Below, in pieces: positions 9,856 to 20,074 of a stretch of 36,501 nucleotides of DNA. A model generated the notes under the pieces. The model saw only the letters and a program-made list of their open reading frames with translations, made no database searches and was not told the DNA's origin. Source of the stretch: a virus (Duplodnaviria; Caudoviricetes); the IMG/VR virus record IMGVR_UViG_3300017909_000121, positions 1 to 36,501 of that record; one strand, 5' to 3'. Position 1 is the stretch's first letter; the number at the start of each line of letters is the position of its first letter. The translations under genes were made by a program, and so were the position numbers.

Positions 9856-10360
9856 GCATAATCCTATTCTTAAATCCTAAAACTTTTTGTCCAAATGTTT
9901 TTTCACCAGCTTTTCTATACATATCATGATACTGCCATCCATTTATAATAGTAGTAGACGCATCTACTAATGCACCTATAGTTGAATATCTTGCATTTAA
10001 TTTTTCATTATAAATAGCTTGATCATAAGATGTTTTTATTTTGTTTGTATTAAATGCAATACTTGCTAAATCTTGTTCCAATACATCTCTAATATCTGTT
10101 TGAATAGCTAAAAAACTTCTACTCTCTCCTACACCACTTGCACCTTTAACTGCTCTATTATTTGCAAGTATTTGTTCTACTTCCCTTCTTCTATTTAGTT
10201 CTGCTTGTAATCCTTCAAACTCTGCTATCTTTGCTTCTTGTTCATATCTTCTAGTCATTTCTTTAGCAGCAGCTCTTTGTGCAGATAATTGCATTAAAGT
10301 TCCAGCTGTGCTAATTCCAGCAGAAATCATAAACATAGTTGCTGGTGTTATTGCTGCCAT
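9848..10360 (-). CDS. Small internal virion protein, T7 gp14 position
   Basis: Hydrophobic Ala/Gly N-terminus followed by a coiled-coil; sits immediately after the nozzle gene. Confidence 0.6.
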   Translation of the reverse strand: MAAITPATMFMISAGISTAGTLMQLSAQRAAAKEMTRRYEQEAKIAEFEGLQAELNRRREVEQILANNRAVKGASGVGESRSFLAIQTDIRDVLEQDLASIAFNTNKIKTSYDQAIYNEKLNARYSTIGALVDASTTIINGWQYHDMYRKAGEKTFGQKVLGFKNRIMRG

Positions 10361-12555
10361 TAATATACTACCTCCAATGCCATCCCCAATAATTTTAAAG
10401 GTAATGGTTCTGTTTGTGTAACTTTAACTGTAGGTGATCTATCATATCCTAAAAAATAAAACTCTTTTTTACCAGTAACACTCGCCACCGATTGCGCTAC
10501 ATCAAAGTCTACTTGTCTAATAACTAAATTTTTTGCAGTTCTATCAGCTGCTTGTAATGCTACATTTAATGCACCAGATACATCTATCACAGCTCTAGAT
10601 ATTCTTTTAAACTCTCCTGTCAATGGTCCAGTTTGTACTTCTTTATCAATAGGCATAGTTTCTAGTTCAGGACTAAAGTTAAAACCAATATTAACACCAG
10701 CAGCATGAGCTTCATTAAGTGTAATTGTATTAGATGCTGTAGTTGTAAATGTTCCTAGTGCCATAGTACCATCAACAGCATATACTGATGTGGATGTCAA
10801 GTGTGTAGGTGTATTGTGTAATCTACCTTGAACTATTGTAATTACTGCATTATCAGCTGGTGTAGCTGCTAAAGTTTGATTTAATACTAATGTATATCCA
10901 GAAGCTGTAGCATTTACTGTTTGAATAGTGTATTCTGTAGTGTCGCCAGCAATAGTAATAATATCATTTGGGTTAGGTGCAGATGTATATCCATCAACAT
11001 TCAGGGTAGATCCTGATTGACTACCACCATTTACTAATGGACTTCCTTGTTGATTTAATGTTGTTACTCCAGAACAATCTAAAGTTAAACTATCATCATC
11101 AGCAAACTTTTCTAATGTATAAATAGTAGTTCCACCTATAACTCTAGATACTACACAAAATAAATTTTCATTTACTGCTGTAATACTTGTAAACTTATCT
11201 CCTGATCTTGTACTCCAAGCTGTCCAACCAGCAATTTTTTCAGACCTAATACTATGAAATAAAGCAAGTGTACCATCTGTATTTGTAAAAAATGCAAACT
11301 GTTCTGGTCTTGTTGCTGTACCAGTTATCATGGTCATATCTACTGGACTATCAATTACTTGTGAAGCTAAAATAGATATTGATGTAGAAGCATAAGCTGT
11401 TTCAACATCTGAATATAAATACTCTCTAATAGCTTTACCATTTTTCTGTGCATATAATGTAGCACCATCAAATATTATTGGCTTTGCTCTATTACATCCA
11501 TAGGGTGTTTGCCTCATAAATACAATGTTAGATGGTGTAACTGCTGAAGTATCTGTAGATGTAGGAACAAAAAACTCACCACCATCTGTAAACACTTGTA
11601 AGTTTCTTGAACTAATTAAATGTCTAATTTCATTTATTCTATCTGAAGTAATAGTTACATCTATTGCATCATCAGCATTACCAGAACCTATATCAAAATT
11701 AAAATACTCTCCTACTTTAGATCCTATAACTGCTGCTGGTTTATCTTTAATACCACCAAAATATAATCTGTTATCATGGAATGTAACAGCTTGAGGATAA
11801 CCATGTATAGAAGATATTAACTGTTCTGCCCATACAAAGTGAGGACCAGTGCTTACTGTATCTTCTATAACAGTAACTGTTAATTCTGTTGTGCTTGTAA
11901 ATCCTGTTACTTTTACTTGTTTACTATTTACTAATAAATATGTTCCTACATATGCAGAAGTAAATGTAGCTGAACTTGCTGTTAATGTTCTACCAGTACC
12001 AGTAGCATGACTTGATAAAGTTACAGATATACTAGAATCTGCATACTTATAAAATGGTTGTGTTGTTTTATTTGCACCACCTACTGTTACAGTTTCATCT
12101 TCTTCAAACTCAAACAAAGAAACACTAAATGAACTTGCTGATGTTCTTATAATTTTGACTATAGGGTTATCTCTATGTGTTATAAAAACAGTATCACCAA
12201 ATTGTGCATAGTTTAATTCAAATAACTGTGCAGTAGTCCAGTTACAATTTGTAGTTATATTAGATTGTACACTTGCACCTGAACTATCAAAAACATCTAA
12301 TCTATTATTTGATAGTGCAAATACTGCCATCTCATCATTAGAAAATATAAATGGAATTATTCTTGATTCTCCTGGTAATGTTTCTTTATAGGTAGTACCA
12401 GGTCTACGCATTAATCCACCTTCATCTAATAGATACCAGTTTCTTAATGTCTTTGCTCCATTAAAGTATGCTGAAGCATCTGTTCTTGCATTTAATAAAG
12501 AATTAAGTTCACCACTTGAAAAGTTGGTATATACAGTTCTGAGAACATTAGCCAT
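10360..12555 (-). CDS. Tail tubular protein B / nozzle (T7 gp12-like)
   Basis: N-terminal TNFSSGEL...GGLMRRPGT and GYPQAVTFHDNRLYFGG motifs; beta-propeller-like composition; synteny. Confidence 0.85.
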   Translation of the reverse strand: MANVLRTVYTNFSSGELNSLLNARTDASAYFNGAKTLRNWYLLDEGGLMRRPGTTYKETLPGESRIIPFIFSNDEMAVFALSNNRLDVFDSSGASVQSNITTNCNWTTAQLFELNYAQFGDTVFITHRDNPIVKIIRTSASSFSVSLFEFEEDETVTVGGANKTTQPFYKYADSSISVTLSSHATGTGRTLTASSATFTSAYVGTYLLVNSKQVKVTGFTSTTELTVTVIEDTVSTGPHFVWAEQLISSIHGYPQAVTFHDNRLYFGGIKDKPAAVIGSKVGEYFNFDIGSGNADDAIDVTITSDRINEIRHLISSRNLQVFTDGGEFFVPTSTDTSAVTPSNIVFMRQTPYGCNRAKPIIFDGATLYAQKNGKAIREYLYSDVETAYASTSISILASQVIDSPVDMTMITGTATRPEQFAFFTNTDGTLALFHSIRSEKIAGWTAWSTRSGDKFTSITAVNENLFCVVSRVIGGTTIYTLEKFADDDSLTLDCSGVTTLNQQGSPLVNGGSQSGSTLNVDGYTSAPNPNDIITIAGDTTEYTIQTVNATASGYTLVLNQTLAATPADNAVITIVQGRLHNTPTHLTSTSVYAVDGTMALGTFTTTASNTITLNEAHAAGVNIGFNFSPELETMPIDKEVQTGPLTGEFKRISRAVIDVSGALNVALQAADRTAKNLVIRQVDFDVAQSVASVTGKKEFYFLGYDRSPTVKVTQTEPLPLKLLGMALEVVY

Positions 12556-13151
12556 TAATATCCTCCAGTAGTTAATCTATCCTGTATAAACCTTTTTGTA
12601 TTAAGTACACTATTTGATACTTCTTGACTATCTATGTTCTTTGCTATTCTCATTTGGTTTTCACCAAGTGTTTCAAACTGTTGAATCATCTGTGCATCTC
12701 TTGCTACAGATCCAGCAAATATTGCTGCTAATTTATATTGTAAAGCTAATTTAAAATATTCTGGAAACTCTGCTTCTGCTTGTCTAAATATATAATCTGC
12801 TATTAATGTGTTGCTAGATCCATAATTATTTACAAATATTTTATCTCCATATCTAGCATATTGTATTGGGTTATCATTAACTGTAACTGTATTTAAAACT
12901 AATAATTCAGGACTTGATGGTAGCTGATAAGCATATTCATATCTTCCTGTAGGTGCATCAGCTAATAAAGAAAGTTGTTTTTGTTCTGTTGCAAACTTCC
13001 ATCTGTGTCTTGATAAACAAGACTTCAATATATTTTCATACATATTAGAAGCTACTAATGCTTCTGTTGATCCATCATCAAAAGATGAAATCGGTTGTGC
13101 TCCTATCATAATGATAGCTCTTGCACATATATCTACTTTGGTATCTGCCAT
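12555..13151 (-). CDS. Tail tubular protein A / adaptor (T7 gp11-like)
   Basis: TKVDICARAIIMIGAQPISS...HRWKFA...YAYQLP motif set; synteny. Confidence 0.85.
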   Translation of the reverse strand: MADTKVDICARAIIMIGAQPISSFDDGSTEALVASNMYENILKSCLSRHRWKFATEQKQLSLLADAPTGRYEYAYQLPSSPELLVLNTVTVNDNPIQYARYGDKIFVNNYGSSNTLIADYIFRQAEAEFPEYFKLALQYKLAAIFAGSVARDAQMIQQFETLGENQMRIAKNIDSQEVSNSVLNTKRFIQDRLTTGGY

Positions 13152-13152
13152 G

Positions 13153-13178
13153 AAATAAAGGGGGGAATATATCCCCCC
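13153..13178 (-). terminator. Rho-independent terminator after the capsid/84-aa genes
   Basis: Minus strand GGGGGGA-TATAT-TCCCCCC followed by TTTATTT. Confidence 0.85.
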
Positions 13179-13184
13179 AATAGA

Positions 13185-13439
13185 TTATGATCCGTTTACT
13201 ACTGTAACAGTAGCAGCACCAGAAGCAGAAGATACCACTAAGATATCTACAGTCTGTGTACCACCATTAGAACCTACACAAAGAATAACGTCATTCTCTT
13301 TCAGTTCATTAGTAGCAGAGTTAAAGTAACCAGAAGCAGCGATTGTTGCAATCGCATCACCATCTGTGTAGTACCATAAGGAGTTTGAATCTCCAGCTTG
13401 ACCAATCTTTTTGATTGGGTTTGATGTTTCATAAGCCAT
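13185..13439 (-). CDS. Small virion protein, possibly a capsid decoration protein
   Basis: Directly downstream of the major capsid gene and before the terminator; GGAG RBS. Confidence 0.55.
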   Translation of the reverse strand: MAYETSNPIKKIGQAGDSNSLWYYTDGDAIATIAASGYFNSATNELKENDVILCVGSNGGTQTVDILVVSSASGAATVTVVNGS

Positions 13440-13450
13440 AGTTTATCTCC

Positions 13451-14284
13451 TTATTCTGCACACTTCTGGATTCTTACACCATCACCATCAATTAGGACTG
13501 CTCCCATTGACATATATGAAGTTGTAAGGTGTGCTACTTTCTCAGGGATGTAGTTTACTTCAGTTCTTACGTCTGAACCTACACCTAAACCTAGAGATGA
13601 TTTATGGAAAGCCATAGTGTGTCTATCTGTTGAACCAGATGTTGGTAAACCACTAAAGCCCATCCACATGAAAGACAACCATCTTTTAGCTGTCATGCCA
13701 CCCTTGTAAGGAAGATCTGCTTCTCCGATATATTCAGCTCTTGAGAACTGGTCAATATCTAAAAGATCAGACCATTGTTTTGGACCGACTACCCAGTATC
13801 TTTGTCCATCATCTGGAACATCATTGTTTCCAAAGATTTCAAATACATTCTGAGCTTTATCTAAGTTCATACCAGTAGTTGTACCAGCAGAGTTATTAGC
13901 TAATGCTGTTGCACTACCATCAAAAGTATCAGTAACAATCTCATCAGTCTTACGACCTAGAGCATATGCAGCATTTTGTGCTACGATATTTCTTTCGTCA
14001 ATGTTTACTTTTAGTTCGTCTAGTTTGTCCACATAATCAGCAGCATAGTAGTCTGATAGTGTTGCAGTTACATTTGAGTGAACAGAGTTCATAGCGACAA
14101 CCTCGGCGTGTCTTGCTTTAGTTGAAGCAGAACCTTTTGCTACTTTTTGAAACTGAACAGTACTTCCTTTTACATTACTGACATTACGGACCATGTTCTT
14201 GAGCTTACTGCCCATTCTTTGATAAGCCATATGCACTTCTGCTTCGAACTGCTTTATAAAGGCTTGGTCTATAGTTGCTGTCAT
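13451..14284 (-). CDS. Major capsid protein
   Basis: IDQAFIKQFEAEVHMAYQRMGSKL...AYALGRKTD is typical of BPP-1-like podovirus capsids; follows the scaffold gene. Confidence 0.88.
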   Translation of the reverse strand: MTATIDQAFIKQFEAEVHMAYQRMGSKLKNMVRNVSNVKGSTVQFQKVAKGSASTKARHAEVVAMNSVHSNVTATLSDYYAADYVDKLDELKVNIDERNIVAQNAAYALGRKTDEIVTDTFDGSATALANNSAGTTTGMNLDKAQNVFEIFGNNDVPDDGQRYWVVGPKQWSDLLDIDQFSRAEYIGEADLPYKGGMTAKRWLSFMWMGFSGLPTSGSTDRHTMAFHKSSLGLGVGSDVRTEVNYIPEKVAHLTTSYMSMGAVLIDGDGVRIQKCAE

Positions 14285-14388
14285 TTTATACCTTTCGTAT
14301 TGTTCTAATCCAAGTTGTCGTTATAAACTTTTGTATGTTATCCAAACTGGGCATATTCCAGTCTACTTCGGCTTGTTAGTTGAGATAT

Positions 14389-14417
14389 ATTATATTTTTA
14401 ACATCTTTACAAGACAA
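14389..14417 (-). promoter_or_regulatory. Sigma70-type promoter for the capsid gene
   Basis: Minus strand TTGTCT-17 bp-TATAAT, about 100 nt upstream of the capsid ATG. Confidence 0.6.
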
Positions 14418-14662
14418 GATGATGGAAAAACATTGACATCAGCATATGTATATGATCCATCATCTTCCTCAATATATGAGGCAAAGGTCTTGATATGTCT
14501 TTGATTTTTTGAATAAAGAAAGGCTTCTGTAGTTATTTCTGCTGGTTTTAGAAACTCCATATCACTTTTAGACATCCATTCACTATGTCCTGTAGGATCT
14601 TCCCAGTGAAATCTATATTTCTTGTAAGGAAATACTTTCTTTTTATCCGTACTTTTTTTCAT
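14390..14662 (-). CDS. Hypothetical phage protein (W.D..G.S.W motif)
   Basis: ORF 14390..14713; start trimmed to MKKSTD to reduce overlap with the scaffold gene. Confidence 0.65.
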   Translation of the reverse strand: MKKSTDKKKVFPYKKYRFHWEDPTGHSEWMSKSDMEFLKPAEITTEAFLYSKNQRHIKTFASYIEEDDGSYTYADVNVFPSSCLVKMLKI

Positions 14663-15389
14663 AAAGTTTTGTAACTTTATCGTAGTAAGCTGGATCTCTC
14701 CTTGCTGGATCATAATATCTAGGATCTTGCATCATAGATCTTAGATCTGTTTCTTCTAACTCAGCTTCTACTACAGTATTTGCATTAGGTAATGGTTTGC
14801 TCTTAGTTATATTCATTATTTCTTCTATAGCTCTCACACCTTCAGCTGTTGAAGCTAGTTTGCTCATAGCATCATATGCTTCATTAGATAGATACTTCTT
14901 TGTCCATAGTTCTGCTGCTTCTAATCTAGACTTAGCATTATCGCCGAGTTCTTCCATTTCACTTTTTAGATTTGGTAGTCCAGCTATTTCATTATTAACA
15001 AAAGCATTAACACCTCTGTTAAATACATCTTGTGATAAATTATTTTCTCTACAAATATTTGACCATTCTTTTAACAGTTCCTGATCTTCATTAACTTCTA
15101 TATTAACTTCTTCTGGTATTTCAGGTAAAACAATCTCATATTTTTCAGGTACAGATGTTTTTGCTTCTTGTTCTAAATCTGTTCTTATTTGTTTAGAAAG
15201 TTCATCTGTTCTCATACCTAACTTCTTTTCTAATGAGTTATATGATGCAGATAATTCTTCTACTTTAATTTCATTTCTATCTGAATCCCAAAACTTTTCA
15301 GGTACATACTCAGGTCTAGATACTTCTTGTTCTTTTTCTGTAGCTTGTACTGGTTCTTGAGTTTCAGTTTGTGTTACTTCTTCTGACAT
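14643..15389 (-). CDS. Capsid scaffolding (assembly) protein
   Basis: Acidic; RPEYVPEKFW near the N-terminus and C-terminal MQDPRY...YYDKV; lies between portal and capsid. Confidence 0.85.
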   Translation of the reverse strand: MSEEVTQTETQEPVQATEKEQEVSRPEYVPEKFWDSDRNEIKVEELSASYNSLEKKLGMRTDELSKQIRTDLEQEAKTSVPEKYEIVLPEIPEEVNIEVNEDQELLKEWSNICRENNLSQDVFNRGVNAFVNNEIAGLPNLKSEMEELGDNAKSRLEAAELWTKKYLSNEAYDAMSKLASTAEGVRAIEEIMNITKSKPLPNANTVVEAELEETDLRSMMQDPRYYDPARRDPAYYDKVTKLYEKKYG

Positions 15390-15664
15390 TAGTTCTCCTT
15401 ATGTGTGTCTATTCTTTTTTTGAGTATAAAATATAAATATCTCATTCCCTCTAAATGTCTAAGCTGGTCATTTGTGATATCCCTACCAGCCACAGCATCT
15501 ACTGTAATAGATTTTAAGTAATTTAAAACCTTTTTTCCTAGCTCTGTATTAAATAATGCAGCAATATCAGCATTTAATTCTATTTCTGCTGCTTTTGATC
15601 TATTAAATCCGTCTATTGAATGGTAATAACCCTCAGGTTTGTTGTGTAACTTCTCCCAAGCCAC
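15389..15664 (-). CDS. Bbp19-like small protein
   Basis: LFNTELGKKVLNYL...LRHLEGMR motif; position between portal and scaffold. Confidence 0.65.
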   Translation of the reverse strand: MAWEKLHNKPEGYYHSIDGFNRSKAAEIELNADIAALFNTELGKKVLNYLKSITVDAVAGRDITNDQLRHLEGMRYLYFILKKRIDTHKEN

Positions 15665-17225
15665 CTTGTCCTCCTTGCATTTGTTGCATTTGTTGTAGTT
15701 GTTGCATTTGTTGCATTACTTGTTGTTGTTCAGCAGTATCACGAATTAACTTTTCAGGTAAATTCATTTTTTCTGCTAAATATCTAGCTACTTCTTCTTG
15801 TTTAACAATTAAGTTTAGAACTTCTGGACCAAAAGTTTGCCCTAAAGTAGCATTAAATCTATTTACATCAGCAATATCTTGTTCATTCTGCGCTCTTGAT
15901 AGTGGTGATTCTGGTATAATTTTTATTTCTTTGTTATCAATGCTAGGTATTTCAATTCTTCCTTGTTTTTTTAATATATAAATAACTCTTTTGATTAATG
16001 GTTGTATAAACTCTGACTGTAATCTACCAAATGATGATCCAATCTGTCTTGAAAGATCTGCCATTCTTTCTGCAACTTCAGTAGCAGACATAGGTGTGCC
16101 TCTGGTTGGACCAAGAGTATCCATGTATAATGCTTTTCTAATATTGTTTCTCATATCTTCTAATACTAATTGTGCAACATCAAATCTTCCAGCACCTTGT
16201 ATTGGTTGTAAACCTCTAGATCCTGGAGCTACAGGAATAATTGTTCCAGGTACTAAAGAAATATTATCTGTATTAATTACACCATCATCTTCTAACTGGT
16301 AAATGCCAGATATATTCATCTGTGCATTTTCTAATATAAGTTCTACAGTTAAGTTTGTAGTCTTGATTGCAGACATAGCATTAAATACTGGACCACGACC
16401 ATATACTTCTCCACTTGCTTTGTTCCATCTAAAAGTAATAAATGGATTAGAACCAGCACCTTTGTATTGTTCTTTTACAATAATAGATTCGTGTTCTGAT
16501 ATACAAACAATATAATCATAAACTTCTTTATTAGGATCAGAGTAATTACGCATTGTTCCTTCAATAACAGAAATCTTTTGATCAGGATCATTTGTTAATT
16601 GATTTAAAGTAACTTCATCAAGATCTGCATTAGGATATAATACTTTAATATCTCCTAATCTAATTTGTCTTTTTCTGTATACGCAATCTATTTTATTGTT
16701 TGGTCCACTATTTAAAGTTACATGAGGTAATGGTATTGCATTAAATACAATAGGTTCTGATGCTGTACCTTCATTAACAAGTAAACAACCAGTACCAATA
16801 GCACAATCCATAAATGCTTCATGTACTTCTTGGTTAAAATTAGAATTATGTAAAACTTCAAATATATATTGTGTAATAGAATCTAACTGCTCATCTATTT
16901 CAGGAGCAACATTTGCTGGTATCTCAATACCAGATTTTAAATTTATCCATCTACCAAAAGTAGGTGTAATACCAGCTTGTAGTCTAGAAGCAAATTCTTG
17001 TATACCTACTACAGCTGTTTCATCAAATATTCTATCTGTTCTTTTTTGACCTGGAGATTCATCATAAAATGATTCTCTGCCTGGCATAGTATATTCATAG
17101 GCTTCTTCAAACTTTGATTTCCATAATGTTTTAAGTGCATCTGATTCTGCATATTTTTTTAAAAACATTTTAGCAGACATTTCAGAAGATGTATTTGCTG
17201 CTGATCTATAGTTATTATATTCCAT
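15633..17225 (-). CDS. Portal (head-tail connector) protein
   Basis: 530 aa; RWNKASGEVYGRGP and SATEVAERM...GRLQSEFIQPL motifs; Gln-rich C-terminus. Confidence 0.92.
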   Translation of the reverse strand: MEYNNYRSAANTSSEMSAKMFLKKYAESDALKTLWKSKFEEAYEYTMPGRESFYDESPGQKRTDRIFDETAVVGIQEFASRLQAGITPTFGRWINLKSGIEIPANVAPEIDEQLDSITQYIFEVLHNSNFNQEVHEAFMDCAIGTGCLLVNEGTASEPIVFNAIPLPHVTLNSGPNNKIDCVYRKRQIRLGDIKVLYPNADLDEVTLNQLTNDPDQKISVIEGTMRNYSDPNKEVYDYIVCISEHESIIVKEQYKGAGSNPFITFRWNKASGEVYGRGPVFNAMSAIKTTNLTVELILENAQMNISGIYQLEDDGVINTDNISLVPGTIIPVAPGSRGLQPIQGAGRFDVAQLVLEDMRNNIRKALYMDTLGPTRGTPMSATEVAERMADLSRQIGSSFGRLQSEFIQPLIKRVIYILKKQGRIEIPSIDNKEIKIIPESPLSRAQNEQDIADVNRFNATLGQTFGPEVLNLIVKQEEVARYLAEKMNLPEKLIRDTAEQQQVMQQMQQLQQMQQMQGGQGGLGEVTQQT

Positions 17226-17962
17226 TAAACTAAGAAAGTATTTCCAAATCCTCTATTTGATGTTTGTATAAACTTTCTATCTCCTTTAGCTAACTCTCCA
17301 CCTTTTAAACTAGCTAAATATTTTTTTCTTGCTGCTTCATTTTCTGCTCTAAATTCATTAGGATCTTGATTTCCCATTTCTGTTGTCTGATCAGATGTTT
17401 GATTAGAATCTTTACTTGTTTGATTTGAACCAGATGAATAAGAAAATACTTGTTTATTATTACTTAAATAATTTAGATAAGGTTGTTTAGATTTATAATA
17501 TAAAACACCTGGCATTAAAGGAATACCAGCAAGTGCTGCTACTGCTGCTACACCTTGTGTGAATCTTTGCTGACTTTCATACATTTGTTTTGACAAAGGT
17601 ATTGGTTGATTTCTTGTTTGATTATAAATATCTCTAGCTTCAGAAGTAAAAACTAAACCTTTATCTGTTTGTACACCAGTAGTAAAAGATCCATTTTTTT
17701 GCATAGTTCCATAACCAGCTGATGCTAAATATTCATTTCTAGCTTTGTTATATTCAGAACCATACATTTGATTTTTTACTGTTGAAGATGTATATCCTTT
17801 TGTTACTAATGTACCAGCTGGTGTATTCATTACATTAGGACCAGTAATTCCTAACTTATCTTTTGCATATTGATTTGCTTGTAAAGCTATTGAAGTTTTT
17901 TTTGCACCACTTTGTCCTGATGCCATAGCATTTCCAGAACTAGCTGAATTTTTTGAACCCAT
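17225..17962 (-). CDS. Hypothetical protein, possibly virion-associated
   Basis: 245-aa ORF coupled to both neighbours by TAATG overlaps. Confidence 0.6.
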   Translation of the reverse strand: MGSKNSASSGNAMASGQSGAKKTSIALQANQYAKDKLGITGPNVMNTPAGTLVTKGYTSSTVKNQMYGSEYNKARNEYLASAGYGTMQKNGSFTTGVQTDKGLVFTSEARDIYNQTRNQPIPLSKQMYESQQRFTQGVAAVAALAGIPLMPGVLYYKSKQPYLNYLSNNKQVFSYSSGSNQTSKDSNQTSDQTTEMGNQDPNEFRAENEAARKKYLASLKGGELAKGDRKFIQTSNRGFGNTFLV

Positions 17963-18183
17963 TAAGTTTTTTCTCCATCACTAAAAAAACCTCCACCTCC
18001 AGCTTTTGAGAATAATGATCTAACACCTATCATTCCTTTACCAAATCTTTTTTTGTATCTTTTTTCTTCTGCTTCTAATCTTGCTTTTTCTTCTTCAGCT
18101 TTTCTACGATCTTCCTCCATCTGTTCTTCCATAGCTATTTCTGCTGCTGATTTTCTGTATTTTGGTGTTCTAAATATTCCCAT
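17962..18183 (-). CDS. Hypothetical charged coiled-coil protein
   Basis: 73-aa ORF in the late operon upstream of the portal gene. Confidence 0.6.
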   Translation of the reverse strand: MGIFRTPKYRKSAAEIAMEEQMEEDRRKAEEEKARLEAEEKRYKKRFGKGMIGVRSLFSKAGGGGFFSDGEKT

Positions 18184-18578
18184 TTCTTACATCCATTATT
18201 TACTAAGTATTTATATAACCCATGAGGTGTTATAATCAACCTATTAATACCTAATACCCTCATTATGACAGTTACGCAACTATTTTCTCTAAGCCATGCA
18301 CCCTGAAATAATTTAAACTTTTCTCTCTGTAATGGACATCTAAGTATGACACCTTTGTTATTTATAATGTAATCAATAACATAAGATATTTCTTCTCCTG
18401 ATAAAATCTTAACATCTAGTCTTTTGTGGATGTGTTCTACTGTAATCCATACATTCTTTGTATGGTCAAAAGCAAACATTCCACAATGAGCCATTCCTCC
18501 TTTTCTAAATATATGATACCACGATTCTAAAGGTGGATCATAAAAGAATACTAGCCATTCCTTCGGAAAATATCCCAT
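18135..18578 (-). CDS. Hypothetical protein, possible permuted papain-like (His before Cys) peptidase
   Basis: AHCG...ENSCVT...TPHGLYKYL motif order. Confidence 0.5.
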   Translation of the reverse strand: MGYFPKEWLVFFYDPPLESWYHIFRKGGMAHCGMFAFDHTKNVWITVEHIHKRLDVKILSGEEISYVIDYIINNKGVILRCPLQREKFKLFQGAWLRENSCVTVIMRVLGINRLIITPHGLYKYLVNNGCKKWEYLEHQNTENQQQK

Positions 18579-20074
18579 TTACCTCGCTTATTGATTGATC
18601 CCCTATCATAAAGATTCCAAGTTTTGTAAACATTTGTAACACCCTGTTTTTGTGGTCCTACTGTCAAAGATCTACCTTCTCCAGCACCTAACATTAAATA
18701 TTGTAGTGCATCATGAACATGAGAGTATTTATTCTTATTAGGTCGATCTTCATATCTTTCTCCAGATGTTTGTATTCTTCTGTAATGATATCCTCCAAGA
18801 AACCCTTTTCTTAGTTGTTTACAGGATGGCGATAGTAAAAACCCTGATTTACCATCAACCATCCTATTTAATGCAGCTTCTACAGATTCTATCCGTAGAG
18901 ATACATCATTTGATGGAGCTGGAAAGGCTTGTATACCTTGCTGTCTAAGTATCTGAAAAGGAGTAGTTTCGTCAGTCTGCGCCCTAAAATCACCAGCTGG
19001 ATCACCAAATATTTTTAAATCTTTATCAGCACAATGCTTAATTATTTCATGCTTTAACATTTCACTAAACTTAACTGTACCAATATCAAAACAAACTAAT
19101 TCATGATTAATTATCCATCTACCATCAGGTAGTCGTTGTCCAAATACAGCTGATGGTGTTAGTCCAAAGTCTAGTCCAATGTATACTGTAGTATCTGCAA
19201 ACTCTATTTCTTCACTAGCTATATGGGTATCTTCTCTAAATGAACCATAGACTAACTTTCCATCTTCTATAGTTCCTAATCTGTTTAAAACATAAACATC
19301 AATCCAAGATTTAGATTTTCCTCGTATGATATTTGGATAGTAATCTGGTGTAACATTTTTAATATTTTCTGCTCTATCATTAAGTTCATAACCTTTAATT
19401 TTATCATCTTCTTTTTTTTCTAACATACCTGGAGGTTGTACAAAAAATTTCCAGTTATCTGGCTTAACTAACATAACTGATTCTTCTTGTGATAGATGAT
19501 CTGGTGGTGGTACTTCTCCTGACATAATAGACCACCAATGATCTTCATCAGGTGCGTTAGTATCTGCTATCACACCATACCATGTAGGTCCACCATCTTT
19601 TATGGCTGGGTATCTACCAACACGCATAGTACACGCATCTACAATAGACTTAGGTATTTCTCTAGCTTCATTAATCCATACCCCTGTCAATTCTAATGAT
19701 AGTAGTTTCTTTACATCTTCTGGTCTATCTAATGCTAAGAATATAACTTCTAATTCTATATCATTGATTTGGATATGATGTGTAAAAGGAACTGAATAAG
19801 TAAAATTACCGAAGGTATTTTCTGGAAACCAATCTAACCATGTTTTCATGGTAGTAGTTTTTAACTGAGGGTTTGTGTTTCTGATTACTGCCCATCTAGA
19901 TTTTCTCTTTCCATCAGGAGATGGTTCTTGTTTGGCAGCTCGTCTAAAGATTTCTATACAACAAGATACAGATTTACCTGATCCTACTGGACCTCGAACA
20001 CCTCTAAAGAAGGAATTATCCTTCATAAAGGATTTAATTATTTCTCCAGGTGCTTTGTAATTTAATCCTGTCAA
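18551..20074 (-). CDS. terL: Terminase large subunit
   Basis: Walker A GPVGSGKS, Walker B GVWINEARE, nuclease motifs IGLDFG and HVHDALQY. Confidence 0.93.
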   Translation of the reverse strand: MTGLNYKAPGEIIKSFMKDNSFFRGVRGPVGSGKSVSCCIEIFRRAAKQEPSPDGKRKSRWAVIRNTNPQLKTTTMKTWLDWFPENTFGNFTYSVPFTHHIQINDIELEVIFLALDRPEDVKKLLSLELTGVWINEAREIPKSIVDACTMRVGRYPAIKDGGPTWYGVIADTNAPDEDHWWSIMSGEVPPPDHLSQEESVMLVKPDNWKFFVQPPGMLEKKEDDKIKGYELNDRAENIKNVTPDYYPNIIRGKSKSWIDVYVLNRLGTIEDGKLVYGSFREDTHIASEEIEFADTTVYIGLDFGLTPSAVFGQRLPDGRWIINHELVCFDIGTVKFSEMLKHEIIKHCADKDLKIFGDPAGDFRAQTDETTPFQILRQQGIQAFPAPSNDVSLRIESVEAALNRMVDGKSGFLLSPSCKQLRKGFLGGYHYRRIQTSGERYEDRPNKNKYSHVHDALQYLMLGAGEGRSLTVGPQKQGVTNVYKTWNLYDRGSINKRGKWDIFRRNG

